Shown piece by piece: positions 51,903 to 60,211 of a stretch of DNA of 64,000 nucleotides. The first letter of the stretch is position 1. Every line of letters begins with the position of its first letter. Location: the sequence record KY555145.1; one strand, 5' to 3'. A program made the translations under genes and the position numbers. Under the pieces are notes generated by a model, which did no database searches, was not told the origin of the DNA, and was given only the letters and a program-made list of their open reading frames with translations.

Positions 51903-53663
51903 ATGGCCGAGACCATGTCCCTGAGTTTCCGGATCGAAGGCGCCGCCCTGGTGGAGCGGGCGCGCGATCGCGTCATCGAAGGTAACTGGGAGCACGGCCT
52001 GCGCATCCTGGTCGAGGGCCTGCACGGCATGTCCTACGAACTCGCGATCGACATCCTGCTTGGCAAGCACACCCTGGGCGGCTGGTCCTCGGACCCCGAG
52101 GGCGTCTATCTCACCGACCAGGACCCGGAGGACGAGACTTTCAAGCGCTACAAGGAAACCCTCGACTACCAGTTCGCCGGCGTCTTCAAGCTGGACGACG
52201 GCCGGATCATGCGCCCCTACGCGGTGGTCGACAGCTTCTCCAAGATCGACTTCGACTCTAGGGTCCGCTTCCTGCGGCTGGCCCAGGGCTCGGACCCGGT
52301 GTTCTCGCGCCCCAAGCGCTATCACGACCCCCGCGCCGAGATCAACGGCGAGGAGATCGACTGGGCCTATCGCGCCCTGCACTACGCCGACGAGCCGACC
52401 CAGGACATCGTCCGTCTGGTCCGCATGGAGGGCTTCCACCCCACGATCCGCGCGGCGGTCCTGTTCAAGGAAGTCCGCGACTACCCCAAGCTCCTGCTCC
52501 CGAAGGTCGAGACCGACGCCCAGAAGGCCGTCGACGTGGCGATCAAGGCCCAACGCGGCCTCTCCAAGCGTGGGCACGTCTACGAGTACGGCGCCGGTCA
52601 GGACTTCGACAAGGAGCACTACAAGACCACCATGGGGATCGATCAGGTCCCCACCGCGTGGTCCGTGCGCAATCCGAAGTACGTCGATCCCGACGCCAAG
52701 TTCGTGAAGGACACCCTGGCCGAGATCGACGGCGACAAGCGCCCGGCGCCGGCCGGTGATTACGCCGGCGCCATGAACCGGATGATCAAGGATGAGATGG
52801 ACGGCGGCATGGACATCAGCGCGGCCGTCGCCATGACCCAGGCCAAGATGGCGCTGCTGGGCGGCATGGCCGAGGACCCCGAGCAGCGCCTGCGGGCGAT
52901 CAACGACGCCTACGCCGCCAAGTACGAGAAGGCCGAGGGCCGCAGCGTCGAGGAGTACCGCAAGGCCATCATCGCCCAGGCCGGCGATGACTTCTTCGAT
53001 CTCGCGTACACGGATGTGGACGGCAAGGAGGTCGTCCTGAAGGTCCCGACCGCGCCGTTCGAGCAATGGGCTCTGTGGCGCACCGCCGGCGCCCATCTGG
53101 CCAAGCCCTGGAAGCGGGTGACCTACACCGGCTTCAAGACCTTCGGCGATGATCCCTACCACACCGACTGGGTGCTGGGCGCGGGGCTCAACCCCGAGGA
53201 CTGGCCGATCATCGAGGCCGACAATCCGCCGCTCCACAAGGCCGCCTGGGACAAGCGCTTCCGGGTCGCCGAGGAGAAGCTGGGCGGCAACATGCGCGTC
53301 CTGCTCGGCAAGGGCTACGTGACCGGCAAGATCGTGATGCTCAAGCCGGGCGAGGCCCTGTCGCCGGGCGAGATCGGCGTGATCCGCAACGCCGGCCCTG
53401 ACTACGTCCAGGCCGCCCAGAGCGCCATCGAGCACAACTCCGCCTTGATCTGCGAGAACGGCGGCAGCGTCGCCCACCTCGTGGTCGAGTACCTGGACAA
53501 GCCCCTGCGTCTGGCGCGGATCGAGAACGCCCGCAAGATTTTCAAGGACGGCATGACCGTCTACCTCGACTTCGACAAGTCCACGCGCGAGATCGGCAAG
53601 GGAAGCCTTGGCCCGAGCCCGGCGGACCTTGGACTCGATACACAATGGGAGATTTTCGAATGA
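51903..53663 (+). CDS. 586-aa protein with C-terminal PEP-utiliser phosphohistidine swivelling domain
   Basis: ALICENGGSVAHLVV...IENA.KIFKDGMTVYLD resembles the GGxTSHxAI...xxdGxxvxvD consensus. Confidence 0.65.
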   Translation: MAETMSLSFRIEGAALVERARDRVIEGNWEHGLRILVEGLHGMSYELAIDILLGKHTLGGWSSDPEGVYLTDQDPEDETFKRYKETLDYQFAGVFKLDDGRIMRPYAVVDSFSKIDFDSRVRFLRLAQGSDPVFSRPKRYHDPRAEINGEEIDWAYRALHYADEPTQDIVRLVRMEGFHPTIRAAVLFKEVRDYPKLLLPKVETDAQKAVDVAIKAQRGLSKRGHVYEYGAGQDFDKEHYKTTMGIDQVPTAWSVRNPKYVDPDAKFVKDTLAEIDGDKRPAPAGDYAGAMNRMIKDEMDGGMDISAAVAMTQAKMALLGGMAEDPEQRLRAINDAYAAKYEKAEGRSVEEYRKAIIAQAGDDFFDLAYTDVDGKEVVLKVPTAPFEQWALWRTAGAHLAKPWKRVTYTGFKTFGDDPYHTDWVLGAGLNPEDWPIIEADNPPLHKAAWDKRFRVAEEKLGGNMRVLLGKGYVTGKIVMLKPGEALSPGEIGVIRNAGPDYVQAAQSAIEHNSALICENGGSVAHLVVEYLDKPLRLARIENARKIFKDGMTVYLDFDKSTREIGKGSLGPSPADLGLDTQWEIFE

Positions 53664-53956
53664 GCGAGAAGTGGCAACCGGTTGAGGAAGCCGGCAATAA
53701 CCTCTCCGGCTGGAACGTGCGCTCGGCCCAGATGGCGGTCGCCGGCGGGACCCTCTACCGGACGATCGTCTCGCGCGACAGCCAGGGCGCGGCGCCGGCG
53801 GTGAGCACCACCTTCGTCCCGAACGCCCCGCCGCAGTTCACCGTCCAGGTCACCGACGAGGACCTCCGTAGCCTTGCCGAGTGCAAGGACGTCGCCAGGG
53901 CGCGCAGCCTGTTCCGGGGCATCATGAAGGCTCACGGCCTGGAGATCATCGCCTGA
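53660..53956 (+). CDS. hypothetical protein, paralog of 45081-45260
   Basis: KW...MAVAGGTLY...FVP. Confidence 0.7.
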   Translation: MSEKWQPVEEAGNNLSGWNVRSAQMAVAGGTLYRTIVSRDSQGAAPAVSTTFVPNAPPQFTVQVTDEDLRSLAECKDVARARSLFRGIMKAHGLEIIA

Positions 53957-54180
53957 TGCCGCTGTTCGAGCTTTCCGTCACCGCGATCCATCGCGACACC
54001 GTCACGATTGAAGCCGATAGCGAAGCGGAGGCCCGCACCCGCATCCTCGAAGAAGGCTATGCCAACGGGGACGATATCAAGTCGGTTCACCACGATGTCG
54101 ATCCCGAAATCGAGATCGGCGACGCGCGCGATGTGACGGACGAGCAATGGATCACCAGCACCTCGGACGAGGAGGACTAG
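53956..54180 (+). CDS. hypothetical protein (74 aa)
   Basis: TGATG overlap; IEADSEAEA. Confidence 0.6.
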   Translation: MPLFELSVTAIHRDTVTIEADSEAEARTRILEEGYANGDDIKSVHHDVDPEIEIGDARDVTDEQWITSTSDEED

Positions 54181-54687
54181 ATGGCCGACTTCAGCCGCGC
54201 CCGCCGGTCCATGGAGACCGCCGACCTGATCGAGCGCCTCAAGGCCCTCTACGACCTGGAGGACGCCCGCGACATCCCGGACGAGGAGACCAAGAGCGCC
54301 TTGAAAGAGGCGGTGGTCCAACTTGGACAATTGTACGAGCAGGTCGAACTCGGGGAGACCCTCCAGAAGTCCTACCAGAACCTGATCAACTACTACAAGA
54401 CCGACGCCCTGGCCTCGTCCCAGGAGCCGGACTTCAAGCGCGCGGCCTGCGAGCTTCACCTGATCGAGTCCTACCCGCCCAGGCTGCGCCTCGCGGTCGG
54501 CGGCTTCCGCAAGGCCATGGACGAGCAAGGCTTCCTGACCGGCGAGACCGGACGGGCGATCAGCCGGCTGATCAGCAAGCATCTCGACCACGATCTGGCG
54601 GGGCTGCTGGGGTCCGAGATCAATTATTACACGCGTAAGGCTATCGCCGCCTTGCGGGGGTTGGCCCCCGAGGAGCCCAAAGCATGA
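54181..54687 (+). CDS. hypothetical protein
   Basis: GAGGAGG RBS. Confidence 0.7.
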   Translation: MADFSRARRSMETADLIERLKALYDLEDARDIPDEETKSALKEAVVQLGQLYEQVELGETLQKSYQNLINYYKTDALASSQEPDFKRAACELHLIESYPPRLRLAVGGFRKAMDEQGFLTGETGRAISRLISKHLDHDLAGLLGSEINYYTRKAIAALRGLAPEEPKA

Positions 54688-55256
54688 TCGATCCGAAAGC
54701 CAAACTCGCTGACCAAGTCGCCGGCCTCGGCCGTGACGGCGCCCGGCTCTGCGCCGAGGTGCAGGAGCGCTGCACCAGCAACATCGCCGACTCCGTCCTG
54801 GAATTCGTCGCCAACGCCGAGACGATCATCGAGCGTCAGCAAAAGCGCGTCGATGAACTCCAGGTCTCGACGGCGCGGCGGATGCACGTCGAGCGGGCCT
54901 ATCTGCGGGTGATCCAGGAGTTCATCGCCGCCAAGCGCCTGCCGAGCCTGACGGCGTTCCATGATGCGGTCGGCATGCTCCAGGCCCAGACCGAGCAGAT
55001 GAACGGCGACATCGAGCGGCTCGCGACCTATCTGCGCCAACTGGACCGCCGCACGATGGACCCGAAGATGAAGGACCTCGTGGATCACCTGGACTTCTAC
55101 ATCTTCCACGAGTTGATGCGGAAGATTCACTACATCGAGCATTTCGTCCTGCGGGACGCCCGCCTCGCCCTGGTCAGCCTGACCGAGGCCGACTTCGGGC
55201 GGATGGGGCTGGGCGAGCGGCCCGAGCCGCCGATCAGCCAGGATATGCCGTCATGA
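54684..55256 (+). CDS. coiled-coil hypothetical protein
   Basis: ATGA overlap. Confidence 0.65.
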   Translation: MIDPKAKLADQVAGLGRDGARLCAEVQERCTSNIADSVLEFVANAETIIERQQKRVDELQVSTARRMHVERAYLRVIQEFIAAKRLPSLTAFHDAVGMLQAQTEQMNGDIERLATYLRQLDRRTMDPKMKDLVDHLDFYIFHELMRKIHYIEHFVLRDARLALVSLTEADFGRMGLGERPEPPISQDMPS

Positions 55257-55483
55257 TCGAGCACGTCTGGCGCCGTGATCCGCGCGGGCCTGCCTATGGC
55301 TTCCAGCGCCTGGACCTGGACGAGGCCTTGAAGATCGTCGCGGCCGAGAAGCAGGACTTCCTCCTTCATCTGGTCGCGGTCCTGCACGAGAACAACCTCC
55401 TGCGCGACGCCGACGTCATGGAACTGCTCGGCAAGGGCTGGGCGCTCGACTCCTACGATCTCCACCACATCGACGACGATTAG
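55253..55483 (+). CDS. hypothetical protein
   Basis: ATGA overlap. Confidence 0.6.
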   Translation: MIEHVWRRDPRGPAYGFQRLDLDEALKIVAAEKQDFLLHLVAVLHENNLLRDADVMELLGKGWALDSYDLHHIDDD

Positions 55484-55531
55484 GCGTTGACAACACTCTC
55501 GCGCCAACATAGAACCGCCCTCGACGACAAC
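55484..55531 (+). promoter_or_regulatory. repeated-family promoter with GACGACAAC box
   Basis: GCGTTGACA-N17-TAGAAC-N7-GACGACAAC-GAGGAGG. Confidence 0.85.
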
Positions 55532-55543
55532 GAGGAGGCTTCG

Positions 55544-55927
55544 ATGAAGCTCGCGACCCAAGACCGCACCGACCCGCGCCTGAACGCGCGCTACCGCCTC
55601 GCCAAGGCGGTGTTCTACTACGGCGGCCCGCACGAGTACCCGATCCACCTGAACGACTGGTGGAACGAGGTGACGCCGGCCGACGTCGAGGACCGCATCT
55701 CCGAACTCTGCCGCGAACTGTCCAAGCTGTCGGGCCGGACCCTGGCGCCGGCGACCTTCTACGAGCGGATGAAGCTGGGCTTCGTCGACCTCCCGGAAGT
55801 GAAGGACGAGGACTTCGCCGCCCTGTCGGAGACGACCCGCAACAACCTGCTCGCCATGCAGGATCGCTTCTCGGTCCACGGCAGCGGCTTCATGCTCTAC
55901 TGGAACATCGTGAAAGAGGAGGCCTGA
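55544..55927 (+). CDS. hypothetical protein
   Basis: first gene after promoter. Confidence 0.7.
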   Translation: MKLATQDRTDPRLNARYRLAKAVFYYGGPHEYPIHLNDWWNEVTPADVEDRISELCRELSKLSGRTLAPATFYERMKLGFVDLPEVKDEDFAALSETTRNNLLAMQDRFSVHGSGFMLYWNIVKEEA

Positions 55928-55930
55928 GCC

Positions 55931-56290
55931 TTGGACCACAACGACCCCGCCAAGCCCTTGTGCAAGATCGCCGTCCTGGCCGGCCCTCTGTGGGAGGTGG
56001 ACACCGACAACTGCGAGACCCTGCTGGTCCCGGTCAAGGATGTTCCCCACCCCTGCGCCGAGAACTTCCAGGACGAGATCGACATGGCCTTGAACATGAG
56101 CGGCGAGGCCATGGACTGGCGCCGCGTCGAGGGCTTCGCCGCCGTCCTGCGCGACCCGCGCGGCTCGGACATGTCGCCCGTCGAGGGGCCGTTCGCCAGC
56201 GCCGAGGAGGCCTTCAACTACGTCAAGGACCAGTGGAGCGACCGCATCCCTGGCTCGATGGGGCTGGCGCCCTACGAGGCCCCGCAGTGA
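55931..56290 (+). CDS. hypothetical protein
   Basis: TTG start after GAGGAGG. Confidence 0.6.
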   Translation: MDHNDPAKPLCKIAVLAGPLWEVDTDNCETLLVPVKDVPHPCAENFQDEIDMALNMSGEAMDWRRVEGFAAVLRDPRGSDMSPVEGPFASAEEAFNYVKDQWSDRIPGSMGLAPYEAPQ

Positions 56291-56556
56291 TCAAGATCAC
56301 GCGCCGCATGACCTGGGCTGACGCCGGCCGCTGCTCGAAGACCGACTGGACCGCGTGGCTCATCCCAGCCGGCCCGCTGATCGCGGCGCTGCCGTTCGCC
56401 GCCCTGACCGGCGCGTGCCTGTCGATCAAGGACCCGACCCACACCAATCTGGCCATCGCCTTGCTGCCCGGCGCGGCGATGCTCTTCAACGGCTGGATGG
56501 CGACGTTCGCCTTCGACCAGTTCCTGCGTGGGCGGGCCGGCGAGGAGGTCCGCTGA
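56287..56556 (+). CDS. small membrane protein
   Basis: GTGA overlap; 2 TM. Confidence 0.55.
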   Translation: MIKITRRMTWADAGRCSKTDWTAWLIPAGPLIAALPFAALTGACLSIKDPTHTNLAIALLPGAAMLFNGWMATFAFDQFLRGRAGEEVR

Positions 56557-56557
56557 C

Positions 56558-56986
56558 ATGAAGCTCTTCATCATCATCCTGGCGGCGATCCTGTGGCTGG
56601 GCGACACCGCCCGCGCCCAGTCCCTGCCGTTCCGCCTGACCCAGCCGCTGAACTACGGCAGTGATCTCCACTACACCGAGACGCGCGACGCGTCCGCCTC
56701 GCGCGAGCCGCTCAAGCGGGTGATCGTCGACCTGTCGCGCTCGCCCACGGTGGTCATCGAGCGGGCCTGGACCTATGCCGAACTCGCCGGTGCCCAGACG
56801 ACCTGCGGCGAGATCGTCCTCAACGGCCGTCGTCAGAGGTTCGTCCTCCAGGAAGGCCCCAAGACCGCCGTGATCGGCCCGGCGGTGCCCGCCTACTTCT
56901 GGTCGCTCGACGTGCCGGACTACCAGTTCCGCAACGCCGGGTGCCTGCGCGACCGCGCCGCCCTGATCATCCCTCCGAGGTTCTGA
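56558..56986 (+). CDS. secreted/periplasmic hypothetical protein
   Basis: MKLFIIILAAILWLGDTARA signal peptide. Confidence 0.65.
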   Translation: MKLFIIILAAILWLGDTARAQSLPFRLTQPLNYGSDLHYTETRDASASREPLKRVIVDLSRSPTVVIERAWTYAELAGAQTTCGEIVLNGRRQRFVLQEGPKTAVIGPAVPAYFWSLDVPDYQFRNAGCLRDRAALIIPPRF

Positions 56987-56999
56987 TCCTGGCGTTCTT

Positions 57000-57047
57000 G
57001 TGTTGACAAGGCCGGCGCCGCTGGCCTAGAACGTCGTGGACGACAAC
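57000..57047 (+). promoter_or_regulatory. repeated-family promoter with GACGACAAC box
   Basis: GTGTTGACA-N18-TAGAAC-N6-GACGACAAC-AGGAGG. Confidence 0.85.
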
Positions 57048-57057
57048 AGGAGGGACC

Positions 57058-57414
57058 ATGCCGCTCTACGACTTTCCGACCGGACCGACCACGATGGAGG
57101 ACATCGAGGCGTTCGTCGCCGGCGCCCAGGCGGTGGTGACCGCCCAACTGGCCAAGGCCTTTCCCGGCGTGTCCGCGCCGGTGCTGGAGATCGCGCCGGT
57201 TCACCCGAGCAGCCAGTTCGCCAAGATCGTCGCGGTCGACGCCAGCCAGCGCTCGGCCTGGGCGTTCGTCCGGCTGGAGAACGGCCTGATCTACAAGCCC
57301 TCGTCGTGGAAGGTGCCGGCCAAACATGCGCGTGGCACGATCCACACCGCCGCGCACGGCGCCGAGTACGTCGACTGGACCGGCCCGCGCTACGTGAAGG
57401 ACCTGCGTCGATGA
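57058..57414 (+). CDS. conserved phage hypothetical protein
   Basis: AFV..ENG.IYKP.SWK.PAK.ARG.I...WTGP.Y. Confidence 0.75.
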   Translation: MPLYDFPTGPTTMEDIEAFVAGAQAVVTAQLAKAFPGVSAPVLEIAPVHPSSQFAKIVAVDASQRSAWAFVRLENGLIYKPSSWKVPAKHARGTIHTAAHGAEYVDWTGPRYVKDLRR

Positions 57415-57677
57415 GGAACTTCTCCGTTCTCCTGTCGCTGCATGACGAGCGCCGCCTCTACGTGGTCGAGGCGTCGGACCCCGGCAAGGCGGTGGCCTTC
57501 GCCAAGCGCGTGGCGGCGGCGCACGACACCGTCGGCTCCAACTGGGAGATGGAAGTCGTCTTCCACGGCGCTTCCTACCTCGCCATGAAGGGCGCTTCCG
57601 TCAAGGTCATCGATCTGCGCTCCAGCGCGCAGGAACAGGAACCGGTGCCGCACGCTCAGCGTGGGGGTGGCTGCTGA
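57411..57677 (+). CDS. hypothetical protein
   Basis: ATGA overlap. Confidence 0.6.
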   Translation: MRNFSVLLSLHDERRLYVVEASDPGKAVAFAKRVAAAHDTVGSNWEMEVVFHGASYLAMKGASVKVIDLRSSAQEQEPVPHAQRGGGC

Positions 57678-58090
57678 TGCGCGTCGAGGATGGAAAGGCC
57701 ATCGTCGATGACGTCTGGGCGGTGGTCAAGGGCCACCTGCCCGGCGCCATCCATTTCGTGCGCCTCAACTGGGCCGGTCGCCTGCTGCACGGCGGCGACA
57801 TGCTCCACTACTGGGGCATCCAACAGCCGACCCAGATTCCCGGCGTCGCCTATGTCTGGGACGACGAGACCAATGACGGCCCGCTCGGAGGCTGGATGGG
57901 TCCGGAGACCAAGATCATCGCCCGCTTCGCCGACCAGCGCCAGGGCCTGGACGTCCTGCGCGCGGCGATGGAGACCAAGGCGCGCTTCGACGCCCTGGTC
58001 CGCCAGGGCGAGGACCTGCTGCTCGCCCTCAAGGTCCAGCGTGACCAAGCCCTGTTCGCGGCCCTGACCCAGGGGGTTTCCGAGGCATGA
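57677..58090 (+). CDS. hypothetical protein
   Basis: TGATG overlap. Confidence 0.65.
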   Translation: MRVEDGKAIVDDVWAVVKGHLPGAIHFVRLNWAGRLLHGGDMLHYWGIQQPTQIPGVAYVWDDETNDGPLGGWMGPETKIIARFADQRQGLDVLRAAMETKARFDALVRQGEDLLLALKVQRDQALFAALTQGVSEA

Positions 58091-58497
58091 GCTTTGCGAT
58101 CCGCTACTTCCCCGGCCCGCGTCTGGGCTATGGCAAGGTCGTTTCCAGGCATGGGATGCACGTCCTCTTTCAGGCCTATGTCGGGAATGAGCCCCAGCCT
58201 GGGACCCTGCCCGAGGTCGTTCACTGGGACGACATCATCGAAGGTCGCTTTGCCTCGGTCGCCAAGGTCATCCTGGCGATCGACGAATCCATGCGCTGGT
58301 TCAAGGCCCTGGAAGCCGAACGCGGCGCCGAGCAGTCCGCCGAGGTCCTCATGACGCATCTGCGGCGCTATGAGCGCGACGACTGCGAGGTTTGCCACGG
58401 CGCGCGCGGCGGGGTGCGGGGCAACGAGAACATCGTCGATGGCAAGGTGGTCTGCGACTACTGCACCATGGATATCCTCGACGCGAGGAAAAGCTGA
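58087..58497 (+). CDS. hypothetical protein with C-terminal Zn finger
   Basis: CEVCHG..GG..GNEN......CDYC. Confidence 0.7.
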   Translation: MSFAIRYFPGPRLGYGKVVSRHGMHVLFQAYVGNEPQPGTLPEVVHWDDIIEGRFASVAKVILAIDESMRWFKALEAERGAEQSAEVLMTHLRRYERDDCEVCHGARGGVRGNENIVDGKVVCDYCTMDILDARKS

Positions 58498-58712
58498 TGG
58501 GGGCCTACGCCTACTGCCAGAACCCTCACTGCGGCGCGCCACAGGATCGCCCGACGGCCCGCGAGGTCGTGGAGCGCGATCGCCGCTGCTACGCCTGCGG
58601 CAAGGCCGTCCCGGTCTATGACGACTTGGCCGACGTCCTCGAACGGATTGAGAGCCGGATCGACGATCTGGAAGCCGAGGTCAAAGCCCTGAAGGAAGGC
58701 GGAACCCAATGA
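58497..58712 (+). CDS. Zn-ribbon small protein
   Basis: CQNPHC...CYACG. Confidence 0.65.
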   Translation: MGAYAYCQNPHCGAPQDRPTAREVVERDRRCYACGKAVPVYDDLADVLERIESRIDDLEAEVKALKEGGTQ

Positions 58713-59110
58713 CCGCGTCACGCCAAGAGATCAAGGACGTCCTCGACCGCGTGGCGAACCTGCGCGAGCCTGACCGTGATGTCGAGCTTGCCGTCTGGAA
58801 CGTCGTCAGCACCCAGGGCCGCTGGGCGTGGCACGCTCGCCACGAGACGATCCACCAGATCGCCAGCAGCGATGGGCGGTACGGCTATGGCATCTGCTCG
58901 CTGGAGCGCCTGACCTCGTCGATCAACGACGTGCTGTCGTTCGCCCACTATGCCGATCTCCATTCTCTCGAACTCCTGGAGAAGGGGCTGGCGCGGGTCA
59001 AGTTGCTTCCGCGCCATCTCTACGACCAGGACTATGACGTCCAATTCTTCCTCTGCCGCGACATGCTCATGGTGATCCTGGAGCATTGTCTTGAGAAAGC
59101 CAGCGCATGA
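58709..59110 (+). CDS. hypothetical protein
   Basis: ATGA overlap. Confidence 0.6.
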   Translation: MTASRQEIKDVLDRVANLREPDRDVELAVWNVVSTQGRWAWHARHETIHQIASSDGRYGYGICSLERLTSSINDVLSFAHYADLHSLELLEKGLARVKLLPRHLYDQDYDVQFFLCRDMLMVILEHCLEKASA

Positions 59111-59496
59111 GCTTCGTCTATCTTGCGATCCCCTACACCTCCCAACTGGAGGACGAGGCCGAAGCCAGGGCCGAGCGCGACGCCCGGATGGTCGAATTCT
59201 GGAAGGCCGCCGCCTTCCTGATCGAACGGGGCGATCACGTCGTCTCGCCCATGACCCTGGAACCGGCCCTGGTCGCCGTGCCCGACATGCCCTACCGCTG
59301 GGAGCACTGGAAGGAATACTCGATCAAGATGATCGGGATTTCGTCGAAGCTGGTGGTTCTGCAATTGCCCGGCTGGTCGACCAGCCGGGGTGTCATCGGC
59401 GAGATGCACGCGGCGGGTCAAGCCGGCATCGAGATCGAGTTCCTGACCCTTCAGACGGTCGCGACGTGGTTGAGCACCAGGGAGATTGAAGCGTGA
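59107..59496 (+). CDS. DUF1937-like (nucleoside deoxyribosyltransferase-fold) protein
   Basis: VYLAIPYT...VVSP...W..Y...VLQLPGW..SRGV..E...A. Confidence 0.75.
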   Translation: MSFVYLAIPYTSQLEDEAEARAERDARMVEFWKAAAFLIERGDHVVSPMTLEPALVAVPDMPYRWEHWKEYSIKMIGISSKLVVLQLPGWSTSRGVIGEMHAAGQAGIEIEFLTLQTVATWLSTREIEA

Positions 59497-59948
59497 TCCA
59501 GTTCCTCAAGGACATCACGGGCGTCACCGCGCGCGCGGACGCCCAGGAACGCGCCAGGGCTAAGGCCCAACACGCCGCCCGGCTGGCCCAGGCGCGCAAG
59601 GTCGGGGAATTTCAGGTGGTGCAGGAAGACCGCAAACTCTTCCACTATCAACTGTTTCTCACCCCCTCCACGCTCGACGGGTCTTGGTTTTACCTGGGGA
59701 GCTACGGCCACATCTGTAGCCGGGCCAACGCCCACTCCTTCTCGTCCCTGGAAGAGGCCAAGGCGGCGGGCGCGGCGGCGGGCGCTCAATGCCGCGAGCG
59801 CATCGCCGGCGAGATGGAGCGCCAGCAGCAGTTCCGCAACATCTACGCCCCGCCGGAGTTCCTGGCCAAATCCGTCAACGCCTTCAAGTCGAGTGAGGAC
59901 CTGCTGATCGAGGTCGCTCAGGCGGTGTCCCAGAGGTACCAGCGATGA
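59493..59948 (+). CDS. hypothetical protein
   Basis: GTGA overlap. Confidence 0.6.
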   Translation: MIQFLKDITGVTARADAQERARAKAQHAARLAQARKVGEFQVVQEDRKLFHYQLFLTPSTLDGSWFYLGSYGHICSRANAHSFSSLEEAKAAGAAAGAQCRERIAGEMERQQQFRNIYAPPEFLAKSVNAFKSSEDLLIEVAQAVSQRYQR

Positions 59949-60211
59949 GCGCGGTCGCCCTGAAGTTCGACACGCGCGACGAGGCCGAGATGGCGGTCGC
60001 CCAGGCGCTCTACGAGCACTGGGTGCGGAGCGAGCGCGCTCGTCATGTCACCTGGAACCTCCCCGGCTGGGTCGAGCCGCCCGCCTGGGCGGACATGAAC
60101 TGGACCGAGCGCACCCACTGGCTGGTCGAGGCCGGCCTCGTCGTCGACTGCCTGCTCGAATTCGTCAAGAACAACCCCGGCGCCTATGGAGAGAGCCATG
60201 AACCGTCGTGA
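59945..60211 (+). CDS. hypothetical protein
   Basis: ATGA overlap. Confidence 0.6.
   Translation: MSAVALKFDTRDEAEMAVAQALYEHWVRSERARHVTWNLPGWVEPPAWADMNWTERTHWLVEAGLVVDCLLEFVKNNPGAYGESHEPS

Noticed and set aside
301-57047. Repeated GTGTTGACA...GACGACAAC as a CRISPR or REP-type array
   Set aside because: Copies are dispersed, strand-oriented and positioned as promoters, not regularly spaced; no cas genes
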